Shown piece after piece: positions 1-10,980 of a stretch of 64,000 nt of DNA. Under the pieces are notes generated by a model that ran no database searches, was not told the origin of the DNA, and worked only from the letters and a program-made list of their open reading frames with translations. The position numbers were made by a program, and so were the translations under genes. This stretch comes from Patescibacteria group bacterium (lineage in GTDB: Bacteria; Patescibacteriota; Patescibacteriia; UBA9570). The stretch lies in the NCBI GenBank assembly GCA_041665365.1, contig JBAYIY010000003.1:68260-132259 (forward strand). Direction: 5' to 3'. How positions within the stretch are numbered: the stretch's first letter is position 1; each line of letters begins with the position of its first letter.

Positions 1-1649
1 CCTTTGGTTTGCTGATACTGCGTTTATGGAGTCGTTGGTTACAGCACGATGTAGGATTGAATCATTTTGATCCGCCGACGATCGCCATCATTGGATTTAT
101 GGCGTTAACAGTACTATTACTTTATCTGTCCATTATTTTGCCCATTGCTGGTTCAGTGCGTATGATCATTTTAGGTATATGTGTGACTTATTGGTTATAT
201 GATAGCCACTTTATCTACTTGCACGGTAAACAAGTCGCCGAGTATTTATGCGCTAAACAATGGTGGCTACACCTTGTTGTAATAGCAATACTAATCATTG
301 CGGCTTTTCAGTCATCTATTGGTCCTGATCATCCAGATGCCGGCCTATATTACGGGCAGACTGTGCGTTGGGAGCAGATTTATCCAACTGTGCTTGGATT
401 AGGCAACTTGTCAGGGAGATTAGCATTTAATTCTAGTTGGTTATTACCCCCAGCGTTAGTTGAAATTGAATTAAATGGAAATGAAATTTTTCATAGTCTT
501 AATGGATTATTTTTGATTTTATTTATTATTTATTGTCTCTATGCTATTGATGATTTATTATACAAAAAAACATCGTATGCAGCATTGGCTGCTGGCTTGT
601 TTTTGGTGTTAACCCCTTGGTTTGGTTTTTTTCATCCATATGATATTTCTTCACCATCGCAAGATCTGCCCCAAGCTATTCTATTATTTTTAGTCATTAT
701 TGCTCTATTGAAACTACCGGAAGATAGTAGTGAGCAAAGATCATATCACTTACTATATTTGGCAATGCTAATAGCGTTTGCCATCACGGTGAAGCTAACT
801 AATGCATCGTTGATTTTTTTATTTATTTGGTTGATTATAACAGAGTGGCGTAATAACCGTTATCATACAATGCTTTTTATACTATTACACAGTGTAATTT
901 TACTACCTTGGTTGATTAGAAACATTATCTTGTCTGGTTATTTAATCTATCCATTTCCAACATTAGATCTCTTCAACGTTGATTGGAAAATACCTATTGC
1001 AGAAGTTCAAAATATGAAACTACTAATTAAAACTTGGGCACTTGCACCAAATCAGCCCATGACAGAATTAGTAGGTCTTACACGTTGGGAATGGTTTGTA
1101 GCTGTTATACAGAAAATTTATAATCATCCTTACCTAGTCTATTTACTGTATCCCAGTGTGGGGGTTGTTATATGGTCGTTCAAATCAACTAAAATTTTTT
1201 TTCGGCAGTATATTTCCATCATTATACTCTTAGTTATTACTACTGGTTTATGGTTATTCAGTGCACCAGATTTATCACGCTTTGGTTTTGGAATTGTCGC
1301 AAGTTGGGCAGTAATTTTATGTTTGTCCTTCATTCAACAATTATGGTTAAAAATAAAGTCATTATTTTGGCATACAGTTTTAATTAGCACAGTTTTAATA
1401 AGTTGGTTGGCTTGGATTATTTCTGGACATATTTCATACACGGAATTGAGTAATGCAACGTTATTATTCAATACACCATATCCACAAGAAGGTATGATTA
1501 TACAACAATATGATGGCTTTAGTGCTGGTGTCAGTCAGAGTTGTTGGTTAGCAACTTTTCCTTGTGTGGCTGGTGATCAAATGTTAACTATTGAGTTGCG
1601 CGGTAAAGATTTAAAAGATGGTTTTCGCATAAGAGATTATTCCCAATAA
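1..1649 (+). CDS. Polytopic membrane protein, probably 5'-truncated by the window edge; possible GT-C-like glycosyltransferase or polymerase
   Basis: The frame is open from base 1, and the track start at 9 is a TTG. The product has more than 10 hydrophobic helices. It sits immediately upstream of GT2/GT4 genes in one operon. Confidence 0.4.
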   Translation, partial: FGLLILRLWSRWLQHDVGLNHFDPPTIAIIGFMALTVLLLYLSIILPIAGSVRMIILGICVTYWLYDSHFIYLHGKQVAEYLCAKQWWLHLVVIAILIIAAFQSSIGPDHPDAGLYYGQTVRWEQIYPTVLGLGNLSGRLAFNSSWLLPPALVEIELNGNEIFHSLNGLFLILFIIYCLYAIDDLLYKKTSYAALAAGLFLVLTPWFGFFHPYDISSPSQDLPQAILLFLVIIALLKLPEDSSEQRSYHLLYLAMLIAFAITVKLTNASLIFLFIWLIITEWRNNRYHTMLFILLHSVILLPWLIRNIILSGYLIYPFPTLDLFNVDWKIPIAEVQNMKLLIKTWALAPNQPMTELVGLTRWEWFVAVIQKIYNHPYLVYLLYPSVGVVIWSFKSTKIFFRQYISIIILLVITTGLWLFSAPDLSRFGFGIVASWAVILCLSFIQQLWLKIKSLFWHTVLISTVLISWLAWIISGHISYTELSNATLLFNTPYPQEGMIIQQYDGFSAGVSQSCWLATFPCVAGDQMLTIELRGKDLKDGFRIRDYSQ

Positions 1650-1650
1650 T

Positions 1651-2433
1651 ATGAAAGTTTCCATCATCACTCCATCATTTAATCAAGTTCAGTTTATTGA
1701 ACGCACTATTCAAAGCGTCTTAAATCAAACCGGCGATTTTGAGCTTGAGTACATCATCATTGATGGCGGCTCAACCGATGGCTCAGTTGATATTATTAAA
1801 CGTTATGCAGAGCAAGATACGCGCATCCAATGGGTGTCGGAGAAAGATTCAGGACAATCTAATGCCATCAACAAGGGTCTAAAAAAAGCAACGGGTGATA
1901 TTGTTGCTTATTTAAATTCTGATGATACCTATTTGCCGGATGCGATCAATGTCGTAATGGCATATTTTAGACAATATCCAAACAAACAGTGGGTAACTGG
2001 TCAATGTAAAATTATCAATGAACATGACCGTGAAATTAGAAAATTTATTACCTGGTACAAAAAATTATTACTAAAGCATTATAGTTATAAAAAATTATTG
2101 AGTGAAAATTTCATTTCTCAACCAGCTACATTTTGGCGGAAAAAATTACATGATGAAGTGGGTTATTTTAGTGAGCAGGAAAATTTCTGCATGGATTATG
2201 AATTTTGGTTAAGACTTGGTCAAAAATATCAAGCTGGCGTAATAAATAAATACATCGCAAATTTTAGATATTATCAGGGCAGTAAAAGCGGTAGTGTTAA
2301 TAAAAAACAATTTCAGGATGAACTACGTTTAGCAAGACTTTATGGAAAAAATCATCCTATTATTCTACTTTTACACCAATTTAATTATTTCAAAATCATA
2401 TTGGCTTATAAACTGATGGTGTTAATAAGATAA
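1651..2433 (+). CDS. Family 2 glycosyltransferase
   Basis: The N-terminus reads MKVSIITPSFNQ...IIIDGGSTDGS, and there are DxD-like motifs (NSDD). This is the classic GT2 signature. The start lies 2 nt after the upstream stop. Confidence 0.8.
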   Translation: MKVSIITPSFNQVQFIERTIQSVLNQTGDFELEYIIIDGGSTDGSVDIIKRYAEQDTRIQWVSEKDSGQSNAINKGLKKATGDIVAYLNSDDTYLPDAINVVMAYFRQYPNKQWVTGQCKIINEHDREIRKFITWYKKLLLKHYSYKKLLSENFISQPATFWRKKLHDEVGYFSEQENFCMDYEFWLRLGQKYQAGVINKYIANFRYYQGSKSGSVNKKQFQDELRLARLYGKNHPIILLLHQFNYFKIILAYKLMVLIR

Positions 2434-2445
2434 TGATAAAGTAGT

Positions 2446-3585
2446 GTGAAAAAAATTCTTTTTCTATTTCCACATTTTTTTCTACCGGGTGGTGCCGCTA
2501 ACTCAACAGTTCGATTTGCTCGCTATCTACAACACCACGGATATATTGTGGAAATTTTATGTGCCGGAGCCACGAGCGATTTTCTACAACAAAATAACGA
2601 TCTCAAATTCAAACTTGTTAAAATACCACCCAGTAATACATTACAGTACTGGGCACTATTATTAATCTGGCAATTTAAAATCAATCTGGTATTATCTTGT
2701 TATAAAGACTATATTTTTTTCCCGCAAGTGTTACCGTCAAATTGGTGGGCTTGGTTATACAAACTAAACCATAAAAATCAAAAAATTATTTGGAATTGTA
2801 ATGAACCAAGTGCCTTTATTCATTCAGTAGATTGGATTAATGCTATTAAGAATCCACTGATGCGGTTGGGAGCAAAGCTATTTCGTCCCATTTTAAAATT
2901 AATTGATGTCTATTTAGAAAAACAAAATGATCTGGTATTTGGTAATAGCCAGTTTGCCGCAGCTAGTTATAAGACATGTTATGGTAAAACTACTCAAGGC
3001 GTAATATATCCACCATCATATATCAAAGATGTTGCGCCAGCCTTAACGAAAGACAATTATTTTTTTACTGTCAGTCGGTTAACAAAATTTAAAAATGTTG
3101 ATTTACTCATCAATTCATTTACTAAAATAGCTCAGAGATATCCAAATTATAATCTCATCATAGCTGGCCAGGGTGAATATTTAAACACTTTAAAAAAGTT
3201 AACGCAGAATAATAAAATCGAAGATCGAGTGACCTTTTTAGGGTCAGTATCAGACGATCAATTAGCTAATTTATATATTAAGGCTAGAGCAACAGTGTTT
3301 TGTTCAAAAAATGAACCATTTGGGCTTGTTCCAATCGAATCAATGATGTATGGTACACCAGTGGTTGCTTATAATAACGGTGGTCCAAAGGAAACGATTA
3401 TTAATGGTAAAACCGGTTTTTTATTTGAGGCTGATGATATGTTAACCGGCTTCCTAGAAAGAATTATTAAGCTTGATGATAAATCTTATCAGGTTATGCA
3501 ACACGCTGCTCAGTTACAGGCTAAAAAGTTTGATATCTCGATTTCTGGTGTTCAATTAGAAAAAATGATTATTGCAGTAGAATGA
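2446..3585 (+). CDS. Family 4 (GT1-fold) glycosyltransferase
   Basis: The C-terminal motif EPFGLVPIESMMYGTPVVAYNNGGPKETI is typical of GT4 retaining transferases. Confidence 0.8.
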   Translation: MKKILFLFPHFFLPGGAANSTVRFARYLQHHGYIVEILCAGATSDFLQQNNDLKFKLVKIPPSNTLQYWALLLIWQFKINLVLSCYKDYIFFPQVLPSNWWAWLYKLNHKNQKIIWNCNEPSAFIHSVDWINAIKNPLMRLGAKLFRPILKLIDVYLEKQNDLVFGNSQFAAASYKTCYGKTTQGVIYPPSYIKDVAPALTKDNYFFTVSRLTKFKNVDLLINSFTKIAQRYPNYNLIIAGQGEYLNTLKKLTQNNKIEDRVTFLGSVSDDQLANLYIKARATVFCSKNEPFGLVPIESMMYGTPVVAYNNGGPKETIINGKTGFLFEADDMLTGFLERIIKLDDKSYQVMQHAAQLQAKKFDISISGVQLEKMIIAVE

Positions 3586-3598
3586 ATATATACCTATT

Positions 3599-5563
3599 AT
3601 GGGAGTACTAATCATAGCCACATACATTTTTGCAGTAGCCTTTGCCGGGTTACTACCTATAACATTAATAATACATCAATTCAAGATAGCACTTCGATAT
3701 TGTGTTCCAACATCATTGGCCATACACATAATAATAGGTTATATATTCTACTGTTTTAATATTGTAGAGTTGTTTTCGCTGTGGTACGTCACTGTCATGA
3801 TATCGATTAACTTATATTGTTTAGTGCGTTTATGGAGTGAGCGTACCTCCGTTATTTCTTCATTACGAGTTCGATTATGTTGGAGTAAGATAATTATTGG
3901 TTTCATAATATTTTTGCCCGTTATTTATACTCGTTTTTATGATGCTATATCAACAGCAGCACCTGGAAACAATGATACGTATAATCATGTAGTTTTCTTG
4001 CAAGACTTGTTTCAGGTAGGCGTATTAAATAGTACATACTACGCTCCAGGGTTTCACCTATTATTTTTTCCGTTACAGTATTTTGTAAACATTGTAGATA
4101 TTTATAGATTTGTTGGACCAATAATAGGGGTATTGTTTATTATTGTTTGTTATTGGCTCATACGTACTTATATACAACAACCGCTTGTTCGAGTGTTATT
4201 TATTTTATTGTGTACTTTGCCTGTAATGAATCAATTGACGTTACAGACGATTAGTTTTTTTCCATCAGCTTTAAGTTTTTTCTTTTTTATAGTTTTATTG
4301 GAACTACTGACACGTCCAAAAGATCTGACAACCTGGCAACGTTATAGTTTATTTTTCGTAAATGGGGTTGGATTAGCTTTAACTGTGCCTTATCTATATA
4401 TACAATTACTACCAATTATTGGTTTGGCGTGGGTAATGATGATGGTTATCAGAACGAATTTTGAATATAAACAAAGACGTTATGTTTTAATATGTGGGTG
4501 CTTGGCATTGCTCGCTTTTAGTGTAGGCATAGGACATGTATTTTTGCAAACAAAAATATTGAAACGTGGGGGTGGTTTTCCTGAAATACCGATTGTTCAA
4601 CAGCAAAATAATTCTTTTCAAGTGGTATCAAATTATGGTACAGATAATATTATGGAGGAGTATAATTTTAATGATAACAATAATTCAAACACAGATATAG
4701 GTAAAACGGATGTAGGTATAAAAAAACCTTATTTATTTGATAATGTATTGTCAAATTTACAAAATAGTGCTTTTTATCAAAACAACTTAAAGCCCATGGT
4801 ATCGTCTGCGATCGATATTTTAAACGTAAAAAACATTAGACAAATAAATAATATGTTAGCTGTCGGTGCATACTTATGGATTTTTATATCAGCTTTTATA
4901 CTATGGCACAGTATAAAAGCCCACAATTTATTTGGATTATTTATTGGAGTTAGTTCTTTTGTATTTGGTTTAGCTACGCAAACAGGCATTTTAGAAATGA
5001 GCTATTATCGAGGTAGGTGTGGATGGTATTTATTATTATTAGCCATCTTAGGGACAGTTTATTTGGCACAACAATTTTACAAACAGAATTATGTTTCATG
5101 GTTAATTGTTGGTTTAGTCATTTTATATGTGGGTAGTTTTACGAATCCACCAATTTTTTATAGGTCATATTTTGCCAGTATATTTGATCATACATATGAA
5201 CTGGTACAGCGCTCAAATTCATCACCTATTAGGTTTATTACGCAAATGAATCAATTGAATATATTTATTCCAAATAGTCAATTATTACCACAAGAATTGA
5301 CCAATGTGGCTTCTGATCCGGGTACTAGTGAGCAATACTTAATATTGGAAAAGAAGTATTTAGTGGTTGATCCAGTTTTGTCGCAACAGGCTATTTCCAG
5401 TGATAAAAACTATCAGCAATTTTATAAACAACAAGCTGTATTGAAAACCAATTTTGAAACCCGGCGGCAAAAAATATTAACTGATTCATTTTTTCAAACG
5501 CATTATCGCTTAGACTGGTCAGATGATAATGTGGAATTTTATCGCTATTACACTCCCTCATGA
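3599..5563 (+). CDS. Large polytopic membrane protein with an Asn-rich loop; possible GT-C-like transferase or polymerase
   Basis: There are many transmembrane helices and an Asn-rich low-complexity insertion (NFNDNNNSNTD). It lies between GT genes in the same operon. Confidence 0.4.
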   Translation: MGVLIIATYIFAVAFAGLLPITLIIHQFKIALRYCVPTSLAIHIIIGYIFYCFNIVELFSLWYVTVMISINLYCLVRLWSERTSVISSLRVRLCWSKIIIGFIIFLPVIYTRFYDAISTAAPGNNDTYNHVVFLQDLFQVGVLNSTYYAPGFHLLFFPLQYFVNIVDIYRFVGPIIGVLFIIVCYWLIRTYIQQPLVRVLFILLCTLPVMNQLTLQTISFFPSALSFFFFIVLLELLTRPKDLTTWQRYSLFFVNGVGLALTVPYLYIQLLPIIGLAWVMMMVIRTNFEYKQRRYVLICGCLALLAFSVGIGHVFLQTKILKRGGGFPEIPIVQQQNNSFQVVSNYGTDNIMEEYNFNDNNNSNTDIGKTDVGIKKPYLFDNVLSNLQNSAFYQNNLKPMVSSAIDILNVKNIRQINNMLAVGAYLWIFISAFILWHSIKAHNLFGLFIGVSSFVFGLATQTGILEMSYYRGRCGWYLLLLAILGTVYLAQQFYKQNYVSWLIVGLVILYVGSFTNPPIFYRSYFASIFDHTYELVQRSNSSPIRFITQMNQLNIFIPNSQLLPQELTNVASDPGTSEQYLILEKKYLVVDPVLSQQAISSDKNYQQFYKQQAVLKTNFETRRQKILTDSFFQTHYRLDWSDDNVEFYRYYTPS

Positions 5564-6357
5564 AACTTTCAATTATTACGCCGTCATATAATCAGGGTCA
5601 ATTTATTGGGAAAACATTTTCTAGTATCTTACAACAAACTTGTGTCGATGAGCTTGAATATATTATTGTTGATGCTGTTTCTACTGATGAAACAGCTCAA
5701 GTTATTCAAGAGTATTTACCAAAATTTGAACAACACAAGATTACAGTTAAAGTTATTTGTGAGTCAGATAAAGGTCAATCTGACGCTATTAATAAGGGTT
5801 GGAATTTGGCGACAGGTGACATTATAACTTATCTAAATTCAGATGATTACTATGAATCAAATGTTTTACAAGCAGTTTTAGATTATTTTACAAATCATTC
5901 TACAACCCAATGGGCATATGGCGGTTGGAATTTAGTGAATCGCTCTGGTAAAGTATACACTATCGTTAAACCAACCAATTTTGTGCGCCAGAATTTGTTA
6001 GACTATGATAATATTGGTCAGCCCAGCTGTTTCTTTAGAAAAACTTTATTAGATCAATGTGGTAGGTTGCGACAGGATTATCATCTAGCCATGGATTATG
6101 ATTTATGGTTGCGATTTTTGCAAAAATATGAACCAGCTATTATTCCAAAAGTTATTGCAAACATGCGCTATTATGCTGATGCAAAAAGTGCGCAACGCAC
6201 CAAACAACAAGTTTTAGAAATGTACCATATTGCTAGTCACTATACAAAACCATTGAGTTATCAAAGATTTCGCCAGTATTTTTTTGTGTGTACTGGCTGG
6301 TTGGTAAGTATATTACATCTAGATATTTCTCGTCGTATTGACCGTATGACTCAGTAG
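5560..6357 (+). CDS. Family 2 glycosyltransferase, paralog of 1651-2433
   Basis: The N-terminus MKLSIITPSYNQGQFIGKTFSSILQQT...EYIIVDAVSTDET and the motif YLNSDDYY are collinear with the upstream GT2. The start overlaps the preceding gene as ATGA. Confidence 0.8.
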   Translation: MKLSIITPSYNQGQFIGKTFSSILQQTCVDELEYIIVDAVSTDETAQVIQEYLPKFEQHKITVKVICESDKGQSDAINKGWNLATGDIITYLNSDDYYESNVLQAVLDYFTNHSTTQWAYGGWNLVNRSGKVYTIVKPTNFVRQNLLDYDNIGQPSCFFRKTLLDQCGRLRQDYHLAMDYDLWLRFLQKYEPAIIPKVIANMRYYADAKSAQRTKQQVLEMYHIASHYTKPLSYQRFRQYFFVCTGWLVSILHLDISRRIDRMTQ

Positions 6358-7379
6358 GTACCACCCAAGAAACGACGTTTAACTAAGTACAAGGTATATA
6401 ATCCCTTCAAGAAATAATTTTTAAATAGCAAATTAATTTGATATGATCGTTTAGCCTGAGCTGGTTCAGACATAAACTGTAAAATGAGTTGAGTTTGTTT
6501 TTTCCAATCCGTATATCCTTGAGTGGTAATTTGATGAACTTGAGTACCTAATGTTGATAGGTTGTCAAAAGACAATAGTTCAAGTTTTTTCCATAGTAGT
6601 CCATTCTTACTATGTTGAATATATTCATTCATTGTAGGATGATCCAGTGCTATTGGTACAAGCCCCATCGCCATGGCTTCCAAAAAACTCATACCAATAC
6701 CCTCATAACGGCGCGGGCAAATAAATACATTACATGATTGCAGTAACTTTAGATAAGAAGTTTTATCTGTAAAACCGGATTCAACAATTTGAATATGATA
6801 TTTTTTAATATCTTCAGCGGTTGGTCGACTAGCGGCAAACTGAGGATCAGGATTTAGCTTCACGATACATTTTTCAACAGGAGTATTTCCAATAATTTTC
6901 TTGACATGTTGAAAAGTAATATCGGTACGTTGCCAAAAAAATATCCGAATCGTACTGTAATCCGTTACTTGTGGTAACGTTTCTGGGTTAAACCAATATT
7001 GGACAAACAAACTATCTAATTGGTTGTTAAGTAAATGTCTATGTAAAGTACTGCTGAAGGTCAACATTTTAATGGGGATCGTGGATAATTCAAACCAGTA
7101 AGCTCGATTATGAATTGGTACCGAATCGTACATGGGTGCCCAAATAATCTTCGGTTTTATTTTTCTCAATTCACTAAAAGTTGGCAGCGATTGGAAAAAA
7201 AATACTACGTCTGCTTGGGTTTCATTGACAGCTTGAGCCGTTATACTTTTACCCTTTTTCCAACCATCGTCCCACAAATCTTGAACAATATATTGTTCGC
7301 TGAAAAGCTCACGTAAGAAGTCGCCGGAATGAGTGTTGCGATGAAAGGAATGATCAACAAAAGCTAATCTAGTCTTCAT
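6351..7379 (-). CDS. GT1/GT4-family glycosyltransferase
   Basis: It carries the motif GIGMSFLEAMAMGLVPIALDHP. The track start at 7412 is a TTG, and the first ATG (MKTRLAFVDHSF) is at 7377-7379. Confidence 0.6.
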   Translation of the reverse strand: MKTRLAFVDHSFHRNTHSGDFLRELFSEQYIVQDLWDDGWKKGKSITAQAVNETQADVVFFFQSLPTFSELRKIKPKIIWAPMYDSVPIHNRAYWFELSTIPIKMLTFSSTLHRHLLNNQLDSLFVQYWFNPETLPQVTDYSTIRIFFWQRTDITFQHVKKIIGNTPVEKCIVKLNPDPQFAASRPTAEDIKKYHIQIVESGFTDKTSYLKLLQSCNVFICPRRYEGIGMSFLEAMAMGLVPIALDHPTMNEYIQHSKNGLLWKKLELLSFDNLSTLGTQVHQITTQGYTDWKKQTQLILQFMSEPAQAKRSYQINLLFKNYFLKGLYTLYLVKRRFLGGTY

Positions 7380-8592
7380 GAGGCACAAGTAATGAGTTAT
7401 AGAATTGCTCAAACTGTTGATCTAGTTTAGATTCATCATAAATTGTTACAACGCGTTGTCTTGCAGCCGTACCCATAGCGTTTAACTTAACCGGAGATAG
7501 TTCGGAAAGTTTTGCTATATTTTCAGCTAGCATAGCTGAATTATTTGCTTCAACTAATTGGCCAGTAATATTATGTTGAATAATTTCTGGAATGCCGCCG
7601 ACTTGAGCAGCAATGACTGGTTTACCAGTACTCATGGCTTCAATGGCCGCCAAACTACCGCAAGCCCTGGCTCCTTGAGTTGGTGCCACTACTATTGAAG
7701 CAGCGGCATAAAATAAAGGCAATTCATCGAAGGGGATACAAGTTGTAAAAAAAACCCGTTTAAGATATTTTTCCGACAATTGTTGGACTGCTTTAGTTGC
7801 ATCACCAGATTCACCGGCAATAATATATTTTATAGATGGTTTGTTTAAGACCAGTTGATTAATAGCTTCCAATAGAGTTGATAAACCCATATCATGGCAG
7901 AGTCGACCAACAAAAAGAACCACCAAGTCAGTTGGGGTTAAGTTAAAACGTTTACGAATAATGTCTCCATTATTATCAGGTTTGAACATTTTAATATCTA
8001 CTCCATAAGGGATAACCGTAACATTTGGTTTTAACCCAATTTCGGAATAACTGTCTGCACAGTGTTTGCTCATAGCTAACAATTTTGTACTGCGCTCACA
8101 AACGTATTGAGTCAGGTTAGGATTTTTTTGAAAAAATGTCTTATGACTATAAAATTCACCGAAATTTGTCACAATCAACGGAATGTTATAAGCCTCACTC
8201 AAGTAGGCTCCGATAGGTGCGTAACTATACATATTAAAAGCACTAATGAGCTGAATGTTATGCTGTTCAATAATGTGACGTCCCATCTCAATGTAAGTGA
8301 TATAACGCAACCAATCGGGGCGTGCTACTTTTTTTAATTGTTGAAATACTGGGTGATTTGGTTGATGAAATAATTGACGAGTAAAACTAAAATAACGTTG
8401 CCATTGGGTAGGTTTGTAGACAGTTAGATCAGCTTGTTTCTTAATACCACTATTGCCACCAGATAATACGTGAATAGACCAATTTTGTTTTATAAGATGT
8501 GGCATGAGATATTCAAAATGACGCGGTACTCCGCCATAAGGCGGAGGGTAATTACCAATAAACAAAATATTTTTTTTCGAACTATTAGCCAT
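7369..8592 (-). CDS. Family 4 glycosyltransferase
   Basis: The N-terminus KNILFIGNYPPPYGGVPRH and the motif GSLAAIEAMSTGKPVIAAQVGGIPEII are GT4 hallmarks. Confidence 0.8.
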   Translation of the reverse strand: MANSSKKNILFIGNYPPPYGGVPRHFEYLMPHLIKQNWSIHVLSGGNSGIKKQADLTVYKPTQWQRYFSFTRQLFHQPNHPVFQQLKKVARPDWLRYITYIEMGRHIIEQHNIQLISAFNMYSYAPIGAYLSEAYNIPLIVTNFGEFYSHKTFFQKNPNLTQYVCERSTKLLAMSKHCADSYSEIGLKPNVTVIPYGVDIKMFKPDNNGDIIRKRFNLTPTDLVVLFVGRLCHDMGLSTLLEAINQLVLNKPSIKYIIAGESGDATKAVQQLSEKYLKRVFFTTCIPFDELPLFYAAASIVVAPTQGARACGSLAAIEAMSTGKPVIAAQVGGIPEIIQHNITGQLVEANNSAMLAENIAKLSELSPVKLNAMGTAARQRVVTIYDESKLDQQFEQFYNSLLVPHED

Positions 8593-9325
8593 GTGGTTTA
8601 TTTTTATACAATATGGCCAGCAAATTTTGGCTCACAATATATGGCACTTTTCCAGTTTCGGTGAAAAGCAGTAATTTATAAATTTTTTGAACGCCCCACC
8701 ACATGATTTGTCGCATGGTTTCTTGGATACCTCGACCTCTAGAAAATATTTGATAAACATCGACTTGAGCAAAACCATATTGTTGGCCAATCTGCATTAT
8801 GGTATTACGGGTAAAAGCCAATTCATGAGTGTAGTCACCATAGCGAACGCGGCCAAAAAAGGGTGATTCTCCATTTGGGACATGCACAATCAATTTTCCA
8901 TTTACGGCCAGAGCTTGTTGACAATATTGAAGTATGCGCACAACATCTGGCTTAGAAAAATGTTCTAATACGTCCCGTGCTATGATTAATTCAAATTGAG
9001 CAGTATTCTTTTCTAAGAAAGAAAATAGATCACCACAAACAATATTTTTTACTCCTAACTCTTCACCAATTTTAATTTGTTCCGGGCTAATATCAATACC
9101 ACTGGCTTCCGTATAACCTTTTTGTTGTAACCACCACACAATGCTACCATTACCACATCCAAGATCTAAGATTTTAGCAGTTTGATTTACGGGTAAAAAT
9201 CGACCCATTTCATGATTAAATGGATAAATCCGGTTTTGAAAATCAACCAACGAACCAGCCCCTTTTCGATGTGCCGTGTGGGTTGTGACGTAATTATTGT
9301 ACAGCTCTTTTTTATAATCAGACAT
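8585..9325 (-). CDS. Class I SAM-dependent methyltransferase
   Basis: Motif I reads ILDLGCGNGSI, with a downstream acidic motif IIARDVLEHF. Confidence 0.7.
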   Translation of the reverse strand: MSDYKKELYNNYVTTHTAHRKGAGSLVDFQNRIYPFNHEMGRFLPVNQTAKILDLGCGNGSIVWWLQQKGYTEASGIDISPEQIKIGEELGVKNIVCGDLFSFLEKNTAQFELIIARDVLEHFSKPDVVRILQYCQQALAVNGKLIVHVPNGESPFFGRVRYGDYTHELAFTRNTIMQIGQQYGFAQVDVYQIFSRGRGIQETMRQIMWWGVQKIYKLLLFTETGKVPYIVSQNLLAILYKNKPHG

Positions 9326-9399
9326 ATGTTATTAACCCGGGCGGTAAATAGTATCCATTAATTGTTCGGCTCGCACTATAGCAGTGTCTAATGATAAAA

Positions 9400-10827
9400 T
9401 CAAGCAGCCTGGTTAGGATGTATGATTTTTTTTAGTTCTTGAATAATCAGTCGTATGCTATTACGGTCTAACCAATATAGTATAATTAAATAGATAGAAC
9501 CATCAACCAGTAAACCACAAATTAGTCGGAACCAAAATAAACTTGGTATAAAATGAATAATTAGTAAAAAACCAAGACCAGCTAACACACTGGATCCGAA
9601 AGATGGCCATAAAGCAAGCATAATATCTTGCCAACGAATCGGCAGAAGCTTATGAATTAAAAAATACATTATAGTTAAACTAACGAGGTAGACAATTGTG
9701 ATCATCCAAGCTGCTCCCGATAGAGCAAAAAAATGAATTGCAATAGGTAAACTTATCGCAGTCGCTAAAGTAATTCCAATTGACCAATAAAGCAACCAAT
9801 TAAGTTTGTCAAACGCTTTGAATATTGGTCCTGCGGGAGATACTATCACTTGGACATAGGTTAATATTGAAAGGATTTGTAAAATTGGAATAGTTTTAAT
9901 CCATATATTACCCCAAACAGCCGGAACAATAATTGGGGCCGTTATGATAATAGTCATAAGAATAGGTGTAACAATTGTGTGGGTTACGCGAGTGGTTAAT
10001 AAATATGAGTTTACTACAGCTTTAAGATCAGTTTGAAGATTGGAAAATTTTGGAAATAAATATATACCAATTGCTCCAACAAACATAGTAATTGGTGTTA
10101 CGGTAAATTTGAATGCAAATGAATAAATTCCAAGAGTCACTGTACCAAGCATCAGGGAAATAAAAATTTTTTCTGTATTTTGTGCAAAAAATTTAATAAT
10201 GTTGAACACTAATAGACGCGAACTATAAGGCCACAATTCTTTTACGGCTACCATTGAAAATTCTTTCAGATTTGGTCTCCAATCAGAGACACCCCATAAT
10301 ACCAACGTATTTATGACTGAGAGGCAAACTGTCTGAATGACTAAACTCCAGACACCAAAACCAAATAACGCTAGGGTGATGCCGATGCCACCACTGATAA
10401 CAGTTGAAATAGTATCTCGAATTGCTAAAACACGAAAATGTAATTTTTTTTGAGCTAAAGCAATTTGAGTGAGAGACAATGTATTAATTATAAAACTGAG
10501 TGACAATATTTGAATTACTGGTTTTAAGAGTGGAGTCGAAAAATAATTTGCGGCAAAACCAGCGCTAACAATACCGATAATAGTAAGTATCATTCCTACT
10601 AGAACATTAACAACAAAAATAGAACTAAAATGACGGTTGGTGACATTTTGTCGTTGAATTAAAGCCGAACTGAAGCCGTTTTCAGTGAAAGAATCCAGAA
10701 AAGAGATCATTATCATGGCTGTGGCCAATACACCAAAATCCTTAGGGCTAAGTAACCAACTTAAAATCGCAAAAATTATAAAAGAAAGACCTTGTTTACT
10801 GATCACTTGCAGAATAGACCAAATCAT
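9400..10827 (-). CDS. Wzx-like oligosaccharide or polysaccharide flippase (MOP superfamily)
   Basis: The product is 475 aa with about 12-14 transmembrane helices, an architecture typical of Wzx/PST proteins. It sits in the glycan locus. Confidence 0.65.
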   Translation of the reverse strand: MIWSILQVISKQGLSFIIFAILSWLLSPKDFGVLATAMIMISFLDSFTENGFSSALIQRQNVTNRHFSSIFVVNVLVGMILTIIGIVSAGFAANYFSTPLLKPVIQILSLSFIINTLSLTQIALAQKKLHFRVLAIRDTISTVISGGIGITLALFGFGVWSLVIQTVCLSVINTLVLWGVSDWRPNLKEFSMVAVKELWPYSSRLLVFNIIKFFAQNTEKIFISLMLGTVTLGIYSFAFKFTVTPITMFVGAIGIYLFPKFSNLQTDLKAVVNSYLLTTRVTHTIVTPILMTIIITAPIIVPAVWGNIWIKTIPILQILSILTYVQVIVSPAGPIFKAFDKLNWLLYWSIGITLATAISLPIAIHFFALSGAAWMITIVYLVSLTIMYFLIHKLLPIRWQDIMLALWPSFGSSVLAGLGFLLIIHFIPSLFWFRLICGLLVDGSIYLIILYWLDRNSIRLIIQELKKIIHPNQAA

Positions 10828-10980
10828 GTGGCTAATGATAGCATTAGAATTTGGACTTGTCTTGATCGAAACCGCAGAAGTGTTATTGGACTAAGCACAA
10901 TATTCAGGAGTTGAATATTTTGACTAGCTGTGATATACCACATCACGTATTTATAGTTAATCAATTAGTTTGTTGTTTAC

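Noticed and set aside
1139-1333. Short antisense or alternative-frame ORFs (for example 1139-1333 minus, 4777-4989 minus, 5606-5827 plus, 7110-7316 plus, 8107-8337 plus) within confidently assigned genes
   Set aside because: They are small, lie inside stronger ORFs with recognisable families, and show no conserved motifs.
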